NCBI GenBank assembly: GCA_023251805.1
Contig: JAHEYB010000002.1
Coordinates: 35,038 to 99,037 of the forward strand
Source of the DNA: Bacteroidota bacterium
Lineage (GTDB): Bacteria; Bacteroidota; Bacteroidia; 2-12-FULL-35-15
Reading direction: 5' to 3'
Length of the DNA stretch: 64,000 nucleotides
Shown here: in pieces, positions 19,398 through 30,001 of the stretch
Position numbering within the stretch: position 1 is the stretch's first letter
Layout of the letters: every line of letters begins with the position of its first letter
Program-made: the position numbers and the translations under genes
Notes under the pieces: generated by a model
The model's input: only the letters and a program-made list of their open reading frames with translations
What the model was told of the DNA's origin: nothing
Databases searched by the model: none

Positions 19398-20768
19398 TTA
19401 TAACAACTTTATCACACAATCAGGGAACAAGCCCATAACAACGATAAGGATGGCAACGAATACCAATAATAATTTGTGATTGCTTTCTACTTCAACCACT
19501 TCAGAAGTTGCGCTTTCTTTGAAATACATTGCTATAATGATTCGGAAATAATAATACACTCCGATTAATGATGCGATGATAGCAATTAAAACCAAGCCAA
19601 CATTTCCTGCAACAAATGCGGAAGTTAAAATGTAATACTTGGCGAAGAATCCTGCTGTTGGGGGAATACCAGCCAATGATAATAATGCAATGGTCATAAC
19701 AATAGCAAGCATTGGATTTGTTTTACCTAAGCCATTGAATGAATCAATTCCATCTCCATTTTTTGCGCTTGCAATAATATTCACGATGCAAAATGTTGCG
19801 ATTGATCCGATAGAGTATGCTGCAGCATAAAATAAAATTGCGCTGTTCGAATAACTGTTTCCAGCTAACAAAGCTAGCAGCATATATCCTGCATGAGCAA
19901 CGCTTGAATAAGCCAACATACGTTTTGTGCTTGTTTGAAAAACAGCAGTGATGTTTCCAACCAACAATGTAAGTGCAGCCATAACCCAAACAATATTTGT
20001 CCACGTGTCGTGCGCACCCATAAATGCAGTTGAGAACAATCTCAAGAACGCAGCGAAAGCGGCAGTCTTCACGATGGTTGCCATAAACGCAGTAACAACA
20101 GTTGGAGCACCTTGATAAACATCCGGAGCCCAGAAGTGAAATGGAGCCGCAGAAACTTTAAATGCCATTCCGATTAACATCAACAGTACACCTACATAAA
20201 AAATGGAAGACAATGTGCCTGAAGAAACTGCATTTGCAATTTCCGAAAGATCGAATGAGCCTGTAGCTCCATAGATAAGGGCTATTCCGAACAACAAAAA
20301 TCCGGTTGCAAAAGCTCCCATAATTAAATATTTAAAAGCAGATTCGTTGGAAGAGATATCTGTTTTATTGCTGCCAGCAAGAATATACATTGGAATAGAA
20401 AGAATTTCAATTCCTAAAAACAACATTGCCATGTTGTTGTAAGAAACCATCATTACGGCTCCTACCAAAGAAAACAACACTAATGCAAAATGATCGGTTT
20501 GATTTGATTCTTCTTTGAAAAATCCTTCCGCCATCAAGAACCAAAGAAATGCAACAACAATGATGAGTCCAGTAAATGCAACCGCATAATTATCGAATTG
20601 CATCATTTTGTAATAGATGTTATTCGTTGCGTCCCAATCAAAAACGTTCAGTACGAATGCGGTAATTAAACCAAGCAATACGATTGGATACAATAATTTT
20701 TTTACGCTGAAAATTTCAGCTAACAATGCAATTACACCTAATGAAGAAAGTAGTATTAATGCTTTCAT
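19398..20768 (-). CDS. nuoN: NADH-quinone oxidoreductase subunit N
   Basis: FKVSAAPFHFWAPDVYQGAP, KRMLAYSSVAHAGY. Confidence 0.96.
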   Translation of the reverse strand: MKALILLSSLGVIALLAEIFSVKKLLYPIVLLGLITAFVLNVFDWDATNNIYYKMMQFDNYAVAFTGLIIVVAFLWFLMAEGFFKEESNQTDHFALVLFSLVGAVMMVSYNNMAMLFLGIEILSIPMYILAGSNKTDISSNESAFKYLIMGAFATGFLLFGIALIYGATGSFDLSEIANAVSSGTLSSIFYVGVLLMLIGMAFKVSAAPFHFWAPDVYQGAPTVVTAFMATIVKTAAFAAFLRLFSTAFMGAHDTWTNIVWVMAALTLLVGNITAVFQTSTKRMLAYSSVAHAGYMLLALLAGNSYSNSAILFYAAAYSIGSIATFCIVNIIASAKNGDGIDSFNGLGKTNPMLAIVMTIALLSLAGIPPTAGFFAKYYILTSAFVAGNVGLVLIAIIASLIGVYYYFRIIIAMYFKESATSEVVEVESNHKLLLVFVAILIVVMGLFPDCVIKLL

Positions 20769-20797
20769 ATATTATTCCTAAGAATTACTAATTAAAC

Positions 20798-20823
20798 GCC
20801 CTTCGACTTCGCTCAGGGTGACG
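20798..20823. repeat. CGTC-type REP, short variant
   Basis: GCCCTTCGACTTCGCTCAGGGTGACG. Confidence 0.82.
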
Positions 20824-20839
20824 TAACGTATTTTTAAAT

Positions 20840-22309
20840 TTATCTACCTAATGCAACTCTAAGTCCTGCAACCAATTGATCTACAGATGGAGCAACAATG
20901 TCTGTTAATGGTTTTGGAAACACTCCAAATGCGATAATTGCAGCACACACAATTATCAATACGGCCTTTTCGCTTGTTTCTAATGGTGCGAAAGAGGCTG
21001 TGATGCTATTTGTTTCTCCCAACATAATGGATTGATAACTGCGCAACATATACACAGCACCTAAAATCACCGAAAGACCAGCAAATGCTGCCATTCCTGC
21101 GCTGAACTGATACACACCATTTAACAATAAAAATTCTCCAACAAATCCGTTTGTTAATGGAAGCGCGACACTGCCTAGTAATATAATTAAAAACAGAACT
21201 GCAAATTGTGGATTCACATTTCTGATTCCACCTAGTGATTCTATTTCTCTTGTGTTTGTTCTTCTTTGGATGATGTCAACTATGAAGAATAATCCAACTA
21301 CGTTTACACCGTGACTTAACATTTGTATCATTGCGCCTTGCACACCTTGTGTGTTCATGGATAAAATTCCTGCTGCGATTAATCCAACGTGAGCGATGGA
21401 TGAGTATGCGATTAAACGTTTGAAATCTTTTTGTGCGATAGCGATACAGGATGCATATACAATCCCGAAAACTGCTAATCCGATTGCTACTCTTCCGTAA
21501 TGCTCAACACCTAATGGTGCCAATGGCAACAACCAACGAATCACTCCGAAGGTTCCCATTTTTAGCATGATTCCGGAGAGCATCATTGTTCCTTGCGTAG
21601 GAGCAGTTGTATAAGTATCCGGTTGCCAAGTGTGGAAAGGGAAGATTGGCATTTTTACAGCAAATGCAATGAACATTGCCCAGAACACATATCCTTGATG
21701 AGTAACATCCATTTTTTGTCCGGCTGCATACAATGCTGCGATATCAAAACTATGTTCTCCACCTGGGGTGTGCAAGTACAAATAGATTAATCCTCCTAGC
21801 ATGAATAAACTTCCTGCAAGTGTGTACACAAAAAACTTGAATGTGATTCTGGCTCTGTCAGCTCCGCCCCACAATAAACAAATGAAGTAAATTGGAATAA
21901 GTGCTAATTCCCAAAACACATAAAATAAGAATCCATCTAATGAAACAAACACACCAACCAATGCCATTTGCATAATAAGAATCAATGCATAAAATGCAGA
22001 CGGGTTTTTGTAATCGTTTTTAAAAGAAGTAAGAATAATAAGAGGAACTAAAAAAGTAGTAAGTAAAACCAGCAACATAGAAATTCCATCGATACCCACA
22101 TGAAAATGAATTCCTAGTGATTGAATCCAATTGCAATTCCATTCGAATTGAGTTGTTGCATCGCGATGAAATTTAATTAACGCAAAACCAGCAATTGTCA
22201 ATTCTAAAATTGATGAACCCAATGCAATGTTTTTTACCTGCGGTCCTTTTACAAACAACAGGAGTAAACCTGCCACTAAGGGAAAAAATATTAATAATAC
22301 TGTAATCAT
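20840..22309 (-). CDS. nuoM: NADH-quinone oxidoreductase subunit M
   Basis: FYVFWELALIP, KMPIFPFHTWQP, KRLIAYSSIAH. Confidence 0.96.
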   Translation of the reverse strand: MITVLLIFFPLVAGLLLLFVKGPQVKNIALGSSILELTIAGFALIKFHRDATTQFEWNCNWIQSLGIHFHVGIDGISMLLVLLTTFLVPLIILTSFKNDYKNPSAFYALILIMQMALVGVFVSLDGFLFYVFWELALIPIYFICLLWGGADRARITFKFFVYTLAGSLFMLGGLIYLYLHTPGGEHSFDIAALYAAGQKMDVTHQGYVFWAMFIAFAVKMPIFPFHTWQPDTYTTAPTQGTMMLSGIMLKMGTFGVIRWLLPLAPLGVEHYGRVAIGLAVFGIVYASCIAIAQKDFKRLIAYSSIAHVGLIAAGILSMNTQGVQGAMIQMLSHGVNVVGLFFIVDIIQRRTNTREIESLGGIRNVNPQFAVLFLIILLGSVALPLTNGFVGEFLLLNGVYQFSAGMAAFAGLSVILGAVYMLRSYQSIMLGETNSITASFAPLETSEKAVLIIVCAAIIAFGVFPKPLTDIVAPSVDQLVAGLRVALGR

Positions 22310-22350
22310 ATGTTTATAAAATTCTATTTTCTAATTTGCTTCCGTTTTCT

Positions 22351-22482
22351 ACACACCCCTAACCCCTCTCAAGAGGGGAATAATCATGTGCTCCATTTTT
22401 ACATTTTCAAAAAAACGATTCGTAAATTCGTTTTTGTAATTAGCATTCATTAATCCCCCTGGCCCCCTTTACAAAGGGGGAA
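22351..22482. repeat. Two C-rich/G-rich REP-like hairpins flanking an ACGAAT-type patch
   Basis: CCCCTAACCCCTCTCAAGAGGGGAA (22356-22380); CCCCCTGGCCCCCTTTACAAAGGGGGAA (22455-22482). Confidence 0.75.
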
Positions 22483-24381
22483 TTAAAACAACTGTGTAAA
22501 CAAAATCAGCACGATGCTAATTACCATTACAAAAATATAGAAGCCGATGTTTCCTGTTTGCGCGAATCGTATTGTTCCACTCATCCAGTTAACTGCGGTT
22601 CCTACACCATTTACAAGTCCGTCTACAATTTGATTGTCCACCATTCTATGAAATGCATCCGCAATAAAATTCAATGGTTTGGTAATCAGTTTTTCATAAA
22701 TTTCATCTACCCAATACTTGTTGTAAATTAATTTGTGAGCAGGTTTTAAGTCCTCCCCTTCAGCATCTGGCAGGGTCGCTTTTTTAACATATGTTGTGTA
22801 TGCATAATAGATAGAACCAATCATCACAACCGTTGCAACGCCCATTAAGATGTATTCAGTTTCGTGAGACAAGTGGTGAACTAAACGGAAAGAAGAAGCT
22901 TCAAACACTGGGCTTAAAAATTCTTCTAAGAAATGAGTGCCACCTAATACTGCAGGAATACCAACCAATCCACCAACAACAGAAAGTACTGCCAATATCA
23001 TCAACGGAATGGTCATTGATTTTGGTGATTCGTGTAAGTGATGTTCTTGTTCGTGTGTTCCTCTGAATTTATTTTTGAAGGTTAAGAAATACAAACGGAA
23101 CATGTAGAAGGTTGTCATAGCTGCACCTAAAACGCCTAAGAACCATAATAATTTATTGTGTTCGAATGCATGTGCTAAAATTTCATCTTTAGAGAAAAAT
23201 CCTGATAAAGGGAAACAGCCTGCTATGGCAAGTGTTCCGATTAAGAATGTGATGTGTGTAACAGGAATGTATTTTCCTAAGCCGCCCATTTTACGAATGT
23301 CTTGTTCGCCACTCATTGCGTGAATCACACTTCCTGCACCAAGGAATAATAACGCTTTGAAGAATGCGTGTGTCATTACGTGAAACACCGCTCCGGTATA
23401 AGCACCTACTCCAAGAGCGAGGAACATATATCCCAACTGTGAAACGGTAGAATATGCTAATACTTTTTTAATATCGTTTTGTGCTAAGCCGATTGTTGCA
23501 GCAAACAAAGCGGTGCAAATACCGATGATTGCAACAACGCTCATTGCAGTTGGAGAAAGTGTATATAAAATGTTTGAGCGAGCAATCATGTAAATACCTG
23601 CTGTTACCATGGTAGCTGCGTGGATCAATGCGGAGACAGGAGTTGGTCCGGCCATCGCATCGGGCAACCACGTATACAAAGGAAGCTGAGCGCTTTTTCC
23701 CATTGCACCGATAAACAACAACAATGTAATTGCAGTAATTGTGGGATTTCCAGAAGCCATATTTTTTGCTTGTTCGAATACATCGTTGTAGCCGATGCTA
23801 CCAAACGTTACAAAAATTAAAATGATTCCTAATAAAAATCCTAAGTCGCCCACACGATTCATAACGAATGCTTTTTTCGCAGCGTTGTTGTAAGCTGTAT
23901 TCTTGAACCAGAAACCGATTAACAAATAGGAGCAGAGTCCAACACCCTCCCAACCAACAAACATAATGAGGTAGTTAGAGCCCATCACTAATAATAACAT
24001 AAAGAAAATAAACAAGTTTAAGTATGCGAAGAAGCGAGAGAATCCTTCATCGTGACTCATATAACCTGTAGAATACAAATGAATTAAAAATCCAATTCCG
24101 GTGATGATTAATAAAAATAAAGAAGAAAGTGGATCAATTAAAAAAGAAAAAGGAATAGAAAGTTTTCCGGCAGAAATCCAGTTGAATAATTCGATGGTGT
24201 ATTCTTTTTGAACTCCACCCTTCAATTCAAAAAATATTCCAAGAGAAATAATGAATGATCCTAAGATAACACCACTTCCAATTGTGCCGACAATTCCTTT
24301 CGATAATTTTTTTCCGAATAGTCCAATGATAATAAATCCTATCAGGGGAAGAAGCGGAATAAGCCAAACTAATTTTATCAT
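22483..24381 (-). CDS. nuoL: NADH-quinone oxidoreductase subunit L
   Basis: GWEGVGLCSYLLIGFW, GKSAQLPLYTWLPDAMAGPTPVSALIHAATMV. Confidence 0.97.
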   Translation of the reverse strand: MIKLVWLIPLLPLIGFIIIGLFGKKLSKGIVGTIGSGVILGSFIISLGIFFELKGGVQKEYTIELFNWISAGKLSIPFSFLIDPLSSLFLLIITGIGFLIHLYSTGYMSHDEGFSRFFAYLNLFIFFMLLLVMGSNYLIMFVGWEGVGLCSYLLIGFWFKNTAYNNAAKKAFVMNRVGDLGFLLGIILIFVTFGSIGYNDVFEQAKNMASGNPTITAITLLLFIGAMGKSAQLPLYTWLPDAMAGPTPVSALIHAATMVTAGIYMIARSNILYTLSPTAMSVVAIIGICTALFAATIGLAQNDIKKVLAYSTVSQLGYMFLALGVGAYTGAVFHVMTHAFFKALLFLGAGSVIHAMSGEQDIRKMGGLGKYIPVTHITFLIGTLAIAGCFPLSGFFSKDEILAHAFEHNKLLWFLGVLGAAMTTFYMFRLYFLTFKNKFRGTHEQEHHLHESPKSMTIPLMILAVLSVVGGLVGIPAVLGGTHFLEEFLSPVFEASSFRLVHHLSHETEYILMGVATVVMIGSIYYAYTTYVKKATLPDAEGEDLKPAHKLIYNKYWVDEIYEKLITKPLNFIADAFHRMVDNQIVDGLVNGVGTAVNWMSGTIRFAQTGNIGFYIFVMVISIVLILFTQLF

Positions 24382-24396
24382 ATTCTTTAATTTAAA

Positions 24397-24446
24397 ATCA
24401 GAATTTTATTCTGATAGACTTTAAAAAGTCAGGATACAATCCTGAC
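24397..24446. repeat. Pair of 19-nt hairpins
   Basis: ATCAGAAT-ttt-ATTCTGAT (24397-24415) and GTCAGGAT-aca-ATCCTGAC (24428-24446). Confidence 0.65.
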
Positions 24447-24449
24447 ATA

Positions 24450-24767
24450 CTACCATTTTAATTTATTCAAAATATTAATGTCTGATGATTTTGTGTTTCT
24501 GTACACCATCATCAAAATTGCCAATCCAACTGCTACTTCTGCAGCAGCAACTGCCATAATAAAAAATACAAATACTTGTCCTTTGCTATCTGACAAATAG
24601 CTAGAGAATGCAACAAGTAACAAATTCACTGCGTTCAACATTAGCTCAACAGACATAAAGATGATGATTGCATTTCTTCTAAGCATAACACCAGCAACAC
24701 CAATTGTGAAGAGAACTGTGCTTAAAAGTAAATACCACTCAATCGGAATTATTTGTATTGCACTCAT
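24450..24767 (-). CDS. nuoK: NADH-quinone oxidoreductase subunit K
   Basis: [27 protein letters not shown]. Confidence 0.96.
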   Translation of the reverse strand: MSAIQIIPIEWYLLLSTVLFTIGVAGVMLRRNAIIIFMSVELMLNAVNLLLVAFSSYLSDSKGQVFVFFIMAVAAAEVAVGLAILMMVYRNTKSSDINILNKLKW

Positions 24768-24771
24768 TTTT

Positions 24772-24810
24772 TTAGATGTTAGATATTAGATGTTAGATAT
24801 TAGATTTGAT
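24772..24810. repeat. Heptamer tandem array (TTAGATR) x5
   Basis: TTAGATG TTAGATA TTAGATG TTAGATA TTAGATT immediately upstream of nuoK start. Confidence 0.85.
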
Positions 24811-24928
24811 ACCGCTCACCTTCTACTTATTTTTATGTTATTTATAATTTCAATTAAACTAATTTATTGTTTCATCTGCACACTTGCCTTCGCGAAGCTT
24901 CAGCGAAGCACGGTCAGAAATCAGCACA

Positions 24929-25429
24929 TCATTTTATACTTTTCTTACCTAACATTACTGCACCAACCATTGCTGACAATAACAATACAGATGACAATTC
25001 GAATGGTAATAAAAAATCGTTGAACAATGTTTTTCCTAAATTTTCGATAAGTCCGATGTTCGGATTAAATGTATTTGTTGCTTGAATGGTAGAAGCACCT
25101 TTTAATGCGCCAACCAACACCAACAACAATAAACCAGAAGCAACAACTGCGGATGTTTTTAGCCAAACGCTTTTGTGTGGTTCAGTTTCTTTATTCAAAT
25201 TTAAAAGCATGATTAGGAAGAGGAACAAGACCATGATTGCGCCAGCATACACAATGATGTGAACAGCAGCAAGGAATTGAGCATTCAGCAATACATAGTG
25301 TCCCGCGATTGCGAAAAAAGTCATTACCAAATACAATACACTGTGTATTGGATTTTTGGTAGATACCACTCTAATTGCGAACATAATCGCAAGGAAAGTA
25401 AGTAGGTAAAACAAGTATGTTGTAATCAT
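24929..25429 (-). CDS. nuoJ: NADH-quinone oxidoreductase subunit J
   Basis: Start MITTYLF; KNPIHSVLYL, VYAGAIMVLFLF, PFELSSVLLL. Confidence 0.95.
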   Translation of the reverse strand: MITTYLFYLLTFLAIMFAIRVVSTKNPIHSVLYLVMTFFAIAGHYVLLNAQFLAAVHIIVYAGAIMVLFLFLIMLLNLNKETEPHKSVWLKTSAVVASGLLLLVLVGALKGASTIQATNTFNPNIGLIENLGKTLFNDFLLPFELSSVLLLSAMVGAVMLGKKSIK

Positions 25430-25451
25430 AATATTGTTTTTCGTTTTTGGT

Positions 25452-25494
25452 TCCCTTCGATATGTCTGCTTCAACGCAGAATGCTCAGGGTGAC
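25452..25494. repeat. CGTC-type REP, long variant
   Basis: TCCCTTCGATATGTCTGCTTCAACGCAGAATGCTCAGGGTGAC. Confidence 0.85.
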
Positions 25495-25510
25495 AATAGT
25501 TTTTAAAAAA

Positions 25511-26122
25511 TTAATGATGTCCAGCAACTTTTGCTTTTTTATTTTTATCAAATGTTTGATTGTGTGCGTAGTTTTTATCCAATTTAAATCCTTTCACATC
25601 AGGTGTTTGGCGTTTCGTTAAGTCAATTGGATTGTTTTTGTCTTCAACCAAAATACTTTTCCCGTAAATAAATTCTTTACGTGTATAGAAACTCTCTACT
25701 TTTCTGTCTGTTAGAAATATGGCTTCTTTCGGACAAGCTTCTTCACAATCTCCACAGAAGATACAGCGCAACATATTTATTTCATACGTTGCAGCATATT
25801 TTTCTTCTCGGTATAAATGTTCTTCTCCAGGTTTGCGTTCAGCAGATGTCATTGTAATTGCTTCAGCTGGACAAGCAACAGCACATAGTCCGCAAGCAGT
25901 ACAACGTTCTGCTCCTTTTTCATCACGTTTCAAAACATGTTGTCCTCGATAAATTCCGCTGAACTCACGTGTTTGCTCCGGATATTTTATGGTTGCTGAT
26001 TTTTTAAAAAGGTGAGTGAATGTAATCCACATCCCGCTAAAAATAGCTGGCAGATACATTTTCTCAATAAGCGTCATTTCTTTTTTTGAAACAACTTGGG
26101 ATCTGTTTGTTAGTGCTTGCAT
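25511..26122 (-). CDS. nuoI: NADH-quinone oxidoreductase subunit I
   Basis: Two 4Fe-4S motifs CTACGLCAVACP and CIFCGDCEEACP. Confidence 0.96.
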   Translation of the reverse strand: MQALTNRSQVVSKKEMTLIEKMYLPAIFSGMWITFTHLFKKSATIKYPEQTREFSGIYRGQHVLKRDEKGAERCTACGLCAVACPAEAITMTSAERKPGEEHLYREEKYAATYEINMLRCIFCGDCEEACPKEAIFLTDRKVESFYTRKEFIYGKSILVEDKNNPIDLTKRQTPDVKGFKLDKNYAHNQTFDKNKKAKVAGHH

Positions 26123-26128
26123 TTTATT

Positions 26129-27175
26129 TTATTTAGCAAAATATGCCATTATCTCATGGCGCATCATCCATGAGCCTGTTAATACTAAGTTCAATATCGA
26201 CAATGGAATTAATATTTTCCAGCCGAGGTTCATCAATTGATCGTAACGGAAACGTGGCAATGTCCAACGAACCCACATGAAGAAAAAGATGAATCCAACA
26301 ATTTTCATGAATAAGAATACAAAACCTAAAATTGCCAACCAGTTTGGATCGTGCACCCAGCGACCGATTAAGGGCATGTTATATCCACCAAAATAGAATG
26401 TAGATATTACAGCAGAAGAAACAAACATGTTAATGTATTCAGCAAACAAGAACAGTCCTAATTTCATAGAGCTGTACTCGGTGTGATATCCACCAACTAA
26501 TTCTGTTTCACATTCAGGTAAATCGAATGGTGCGCGATTTGTTTCAGCAAAGGCACAAATCACAAATATTAAACAACCTAATGGTTGAACTAAAACGTTC
26601 CAGTGCCAACCGTGTTGTTGTTCAGCAATTTCGCCAGTGCTTAGTGTTCCAGTTACCATTACTAATGCGATGATTGAAATTCCCATCGCTACTTCATAAC
26701 TAATCATTTGTGACGAAGCGCGAATCGCGCCCAACAAAGAATATTTATTGTTAGACGCCCAACCACCAATCATGATTCCATAAACACCAATAGATAATAC
26801 ACCAAATAAATACAGAATTCCGATGTTCACATCAGCAATTTGCATTGGATAATCTGTTCCGCCAATGTTGATTGATTTTCCCCAAGGAATAATTACACCT
26901 GTCATACAAGCAGTAAGCATACACAATCCTGGTCCGATAATAAAAAGTGCTTTATTCGAAACACTTGGAATCATCTCTTCTTTCATGAACATTTTTACTG
27001 CATCGGCCAGTGGTTGTAAAATTCCGAATGGCCCTGCTCTATCAGGACCAATACGGTCTTGAAGAAATGCGGCAATTTTTCTTTCGGCATAGGTGCTGTA
27101 TGTTGCCACCAAAAGTGTGATTGAAAAAACAATCAATACTAAAATGGCTTTATATATTAGAAATTCTAATCCCAT
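26129..27175 (-). CDS. nuoH: NADH-quinone oxidoreductase subunit H
   Basis: ERKIAAFLQDRIGP, AETNRAPFDLPECETELVGG, PRFRYDQLM. Confidence 0.97.
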   Translation of the reverse strand: MGLEFLIYKAILVLIVFSITLLVATYSTYAERKIAAFLQDRIGPDRAGPFGILQPLADAVKMFMKEEMIPSVSNKALFIIGPGLCMLTACMTGVIIPWGKSINIGGTDYPMQIADVNIGILYLFGVLSIGVYGIMIGGWASNNKYSLLGAIRASSQMISYEVAMGISIIALVMVTGTLSTGEIAEQQHGWHWNVLVQPLGCLIFVICAFAETNRAPFDLPECETELVGGYHTEYSSMKLGLFLFAEYINMFVSSAVISTFYFGGYNMPLIGRWVHDPNWLAILGFVFLFMKIVGFIFFFMWVRWTLPRFRYDQLMNLGWKILIPLSILNLVLTGSWMMRHEIMAYFAK

Positions 27176-27178
27176 ATC

Positions 27179-28171
27179 TTATTTTTTTCCAGCAATTTGT
27201 TTTTGTTGTTTGCCGATATCTAATTTCAATTGTGCTAAACTTTCGTAGTGATTTTGTGAAATCACGGAATGGCGATTGATGTGGGAAGGTTTTTCGATTA
27301 CCCAATCTTTTGCATCTTTTTTCTCGAAACGACAATCGTTACAAATCCAGTCGATTGCTTCACCCCACTGATCTTTACGAGATGTTACTCTCAACACATC
27401 ATTTCCTTTCATCCAGATTGCTACTTTCCCTGAACATTTGGTGCAATTGCGATGAGCGTCCATTGGTTTTGTAAACCAAACACGACTTTTGAAACGCCAT
27501 GTTCTATCTGTTAATGCACCAACCGGACAAACATCAATAACGTTTCCGGAGAAATCGTTATCAATTGCCTTCTCAATGTATGTGCTAATTTCAGAGGCAT
27601 CACCACGGAACAACATTCCTTGGTAACGATTATTTGTAAGTTGATCAGCTACTTTAATACAGCGGAAACACATGATACAACGCGTCATGTGTAATTTGAT
27701 GTATGGTCCGATGTCGATTAAATTAAATGTTCTTCTGGAAAAATCGTAACGGGTTTTTGCTAATCCGTGTTCGTAACCTAAATCTTGTAAATGACATTCT
27801 CCTGCTTGATCGCAGATAGGACAATCAAGTGGGTGATTGATTAATAAAAATTCAACAACCCCTTTGCGTGCATCTAATACTTCAGGAGAAGTCATGTTTA
27901 CCACTTCCATTCCATCCATAACATTTGTTCTGCAAGACGCAACAGGCTTAGGCATTGGACGAGGGTCTTTTTCGGAGCCTTTTGTAACTTTTACAATACA
28001 CGTACGGCAATATCCGCCACTCGTTTTTAATTTTGAATAATAGCACATAGTAGGGGGAGCAACTTTTGCATCCACCTCCGGATTTTTATCTACAAGCATT
28101 CTAGCCGCTTGCAAGATTGTTGTCCCATCAGGAACTTCAATCATATGACCATCTATTGTAATTTTTGCCAT
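27179..28171 (-). CDS. nuoG: NADH-quinone oxidoreductase subunit G (short form, Fe-S region only)
   Basis: HPLDCPICDQAGECHLQD, RCIMCFRC, DVCPVGALT; operon position. Confidence 0.92.
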   Translation of the reverse strand: MAKITIDGHMIEVPDGTTILQAARMLVDKNPEVDAKVAPPTMCYYSKLKTSGGYCRTCIVKVTKGSEKDPRPMPKPVASCRTNVMDGMEVVNMTSPEVLDARKGVVEFLLINHPLDCPICDQAGECHLQDLGYEHGLAKTRYDFSRRTFNLIDIGPYIKLHMTRCIMCFRCIKVADQLTNNRYQGMLFRGDASEISTYIEKAIDNDFSGNVIDVCPVGALTDRTWRFKSRVWFTKPMDAHRNCTKCSGKVAIWMKGNDVLRVTSRKDQWGEAIDWICNDCRFEKKDAKDWVIEKPSHINRHSVISQNHYESLAQLKLDIGKQQKQIAGKK

Positions 28172-28179
28172 TTTCTAAC

Positions 28180-28637
28180 TAAGTCAAAAGTTTTAAAGTC
28201 AAAATTCAAAAGAAATCAAAAAGTTTAAAATCAAAAAATTAAAATTAATCTTTTAAGTTAATAATAATTGATGCTAATACTTTTGAGATTTCCATTAATT
28301 CTGTCTTATCATTTTTCATTAAATCATTATTCAATTCATATCCGTCTTCAATTACTTCCATCCAATAATCCGATTCATTTGCAGAGCGTAAGGCAATTTC
28401 ATAAAATCTAATTAGCTCCTTTTTTGAACTACTTACTTTTGCCTCTCTTACATTCGCTCCAACGGATGTTCCACTTCTTAATAATTGATCTCTTAATGGA
28501 TAATCTACGCTACTTGCTTTTAATTCTCGTGTTAGTTTAACTATTCTAACTGCAAATTTTTTAGTTCTAACTCTTATATCATTTTCGTACTTCACAATCT
28601 TCCTTTTTGTTTTTTCTTGCTTTTGAATTTTGACTTT
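28180..28637. mobile_element. Putative four-helix-bundle cassette 1 bounded by inverted AAGTCAAAA arrays
   Basis: Perfect 18-bp inverted repeat AAAGTCAAAATTCAAAAG (28195-28212) / CTTTTGAATTTTGACTTT (28620-28637); inserted between nuoF and nuoG; mobility inferred. Confidence 0.55.
28245..28595 (-). CDS. Four helix bundle protein (23S rRNA IVS protein/Avd-like family)
   Basis: GTG start, 116 aa; RTKKFAVRI, DQLLRSGTSVGANVREA, IALRSANESDYWM. Confidence 0.92.
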   Translation of the reverse strand: MKYENDIRVRTKKFAVRIVKLTRELKASSVDYPLRDQLLRSGTSVGANVREAKVSSSKKELIRFYEIALRSANESDYWMEVIEDGYELNNDLMKNDKTELMEISKVLASIIINLKD

Positions 28638-28657
28638 CCTCTCTTATGCCCTTCGTG

Positions 28658-30001
28658 TTATGCTCCAGCCAACTGATGCACACTATAATAATGTTTAACA
28701 TCCTTTATTTTTTCCGGATGCTTGATATACTCTTCGAATTCTGAACGGAAGTGACGAATAGCACTTGCCACAGGCCATGCAGCAGCATCACCTAAAGGAC
28801 AAATTGTATTCCCTTCAATTTTTCTTTGAATATCCCAAAGCAAATCTATGTCGCTTGGTTTACCATGACCTTCAATAATTCTATGAAGAATTTTTTCCAT
28901 CCAACCTGTTCCTTCACGACATGGAGAACATTGTCCGCAGCTTTCATGATGATAGAAACGAGCGAATGTGTAAAGATTTTTTACGATGCTGGCTGTTTCA
29001 TCATACACAATAAATCCACCTGAACCCAACATTGTGCCTGTTGCGAAACCGCCTTCACTTAGTGATTCGTATGACATCAAACGCGGTTCGCCTTTATCAT
29101 TTTTCAAAATTAAATCGGCAGGTAAAATAGGAACAGAAGAACCTCCAGCAACTACTGCTTTTAATTTATTTCCGTTAATGATTCCACCGCAATATTCTTC
29201 TGAGTATATAAATTCTTCAACAGGTAATCCTAATTCAATTTCGTAAACACCTGGTTTATTAATATGTCCAGATGCAGAAATTAATTTTGTTCCTGTACTT
29301 CTTCCAATTCCAATTTTTGCATATTCATCTCCACCCATCATTACGATTGGACAAACTGCTGCAATTGTTTCAACGTTATTTACAACAGTGGGACAACCCC
29401 ATACACCAGCTATAGCGGGGAATGGCGGTTTGATACGCGGGTTTCCGCGTTTTCCTTCTAATGATTCTAACAATGCTGTTTCTTCACCGCAGATATATGC
29501 TCCTCCACCAACTTGCACGTAGCAGTCGTGAGAGAAATCTGAGCCTAAAATGTTTTTTCCTAATAATCCTGCTGCATAAGCTTCATCCAGCGCTTTCTCT
29601 AAAATTCGTGCAACATAAAAATATTCTCCACGGATATAGATGTAAGATGTTTTTGCTCCTAATGCATAGGATGAAGTAATCATTCCTTCTATCAATAGAT
29701 GAGGAATCACTTCCATCAAGTAGCGGTCTTTGAATGTTCCCGGCTCCGATTCATCCGCATTACAAACAAGATAACGCTCAACACCTTCTGGTCTTGCAAG
29801 GAAACTCCATTTCATTCCGGTTGGGAAACCAGCACCACCACGACCTCTTAATCCTGATTTTTTCACCTCTTCTAACACTTCGGGAGGAGTCATTGTTTTC
29901 AATACTTTCTCCACAGATGCGTAGCCACCATGTTGACGATACACTTCAAGTGTAGCAATTCCAGGAACTTTGTCATTAAGAATTAAAAGTTTCTTCCCCA
30001 T
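28658..30001 (-). CDS. nuoF: NADH-quinone oxidoreductase subunit F
   Basis: [48 protein letters not shown]. Confidence 0.98.
   Translation of the reverse strand: MGKKLLILNDKVPGIATLEVYRQHGGYASVEKVLKTMTPPEVLEEVKKSGLRGRGGAGFPTGMKWSFLARPEGVERYLVCNADESEPGTFKDRYLMEVIPHLLIEGMITSSYALGAKTSYIYIRGEYFYVARILEKALDEAYAAGLLGKNILGSDFSHDCYVQVGGGAYICGEETALLESLEGKRGNPRIKPPFPAIAGVWGCPTVVNNVETIAAVCPIVMMGGDEYAKIGIGRSTGTKLISASGHINKPGVYEIELGLPVEEFIYSEEYCGGIINGNKLKAVVAGGSSVPILPADLILKNDKGEPRLMSYESLSEGGFATGTMLGSGGFIVYDETASIVKNLYTFARFYHHESCGQCSPCREGTGWMEKILHRIIEGHGKPSDIDLLWDIQRKIEGNTICPLGDAAAWPVASAIRHFRSEFEEYIKHPEKIKDVKHYYSVHQLAGA

Noticed and set aside
27179..28171. NuoG truncated by the neighbouring cassette
   Set aside because: The cassette is upstream of an intact N-terminus, the gene ends cleanly 3 nt before nuoH, and short NuoG forms occur in Bacteroidota.
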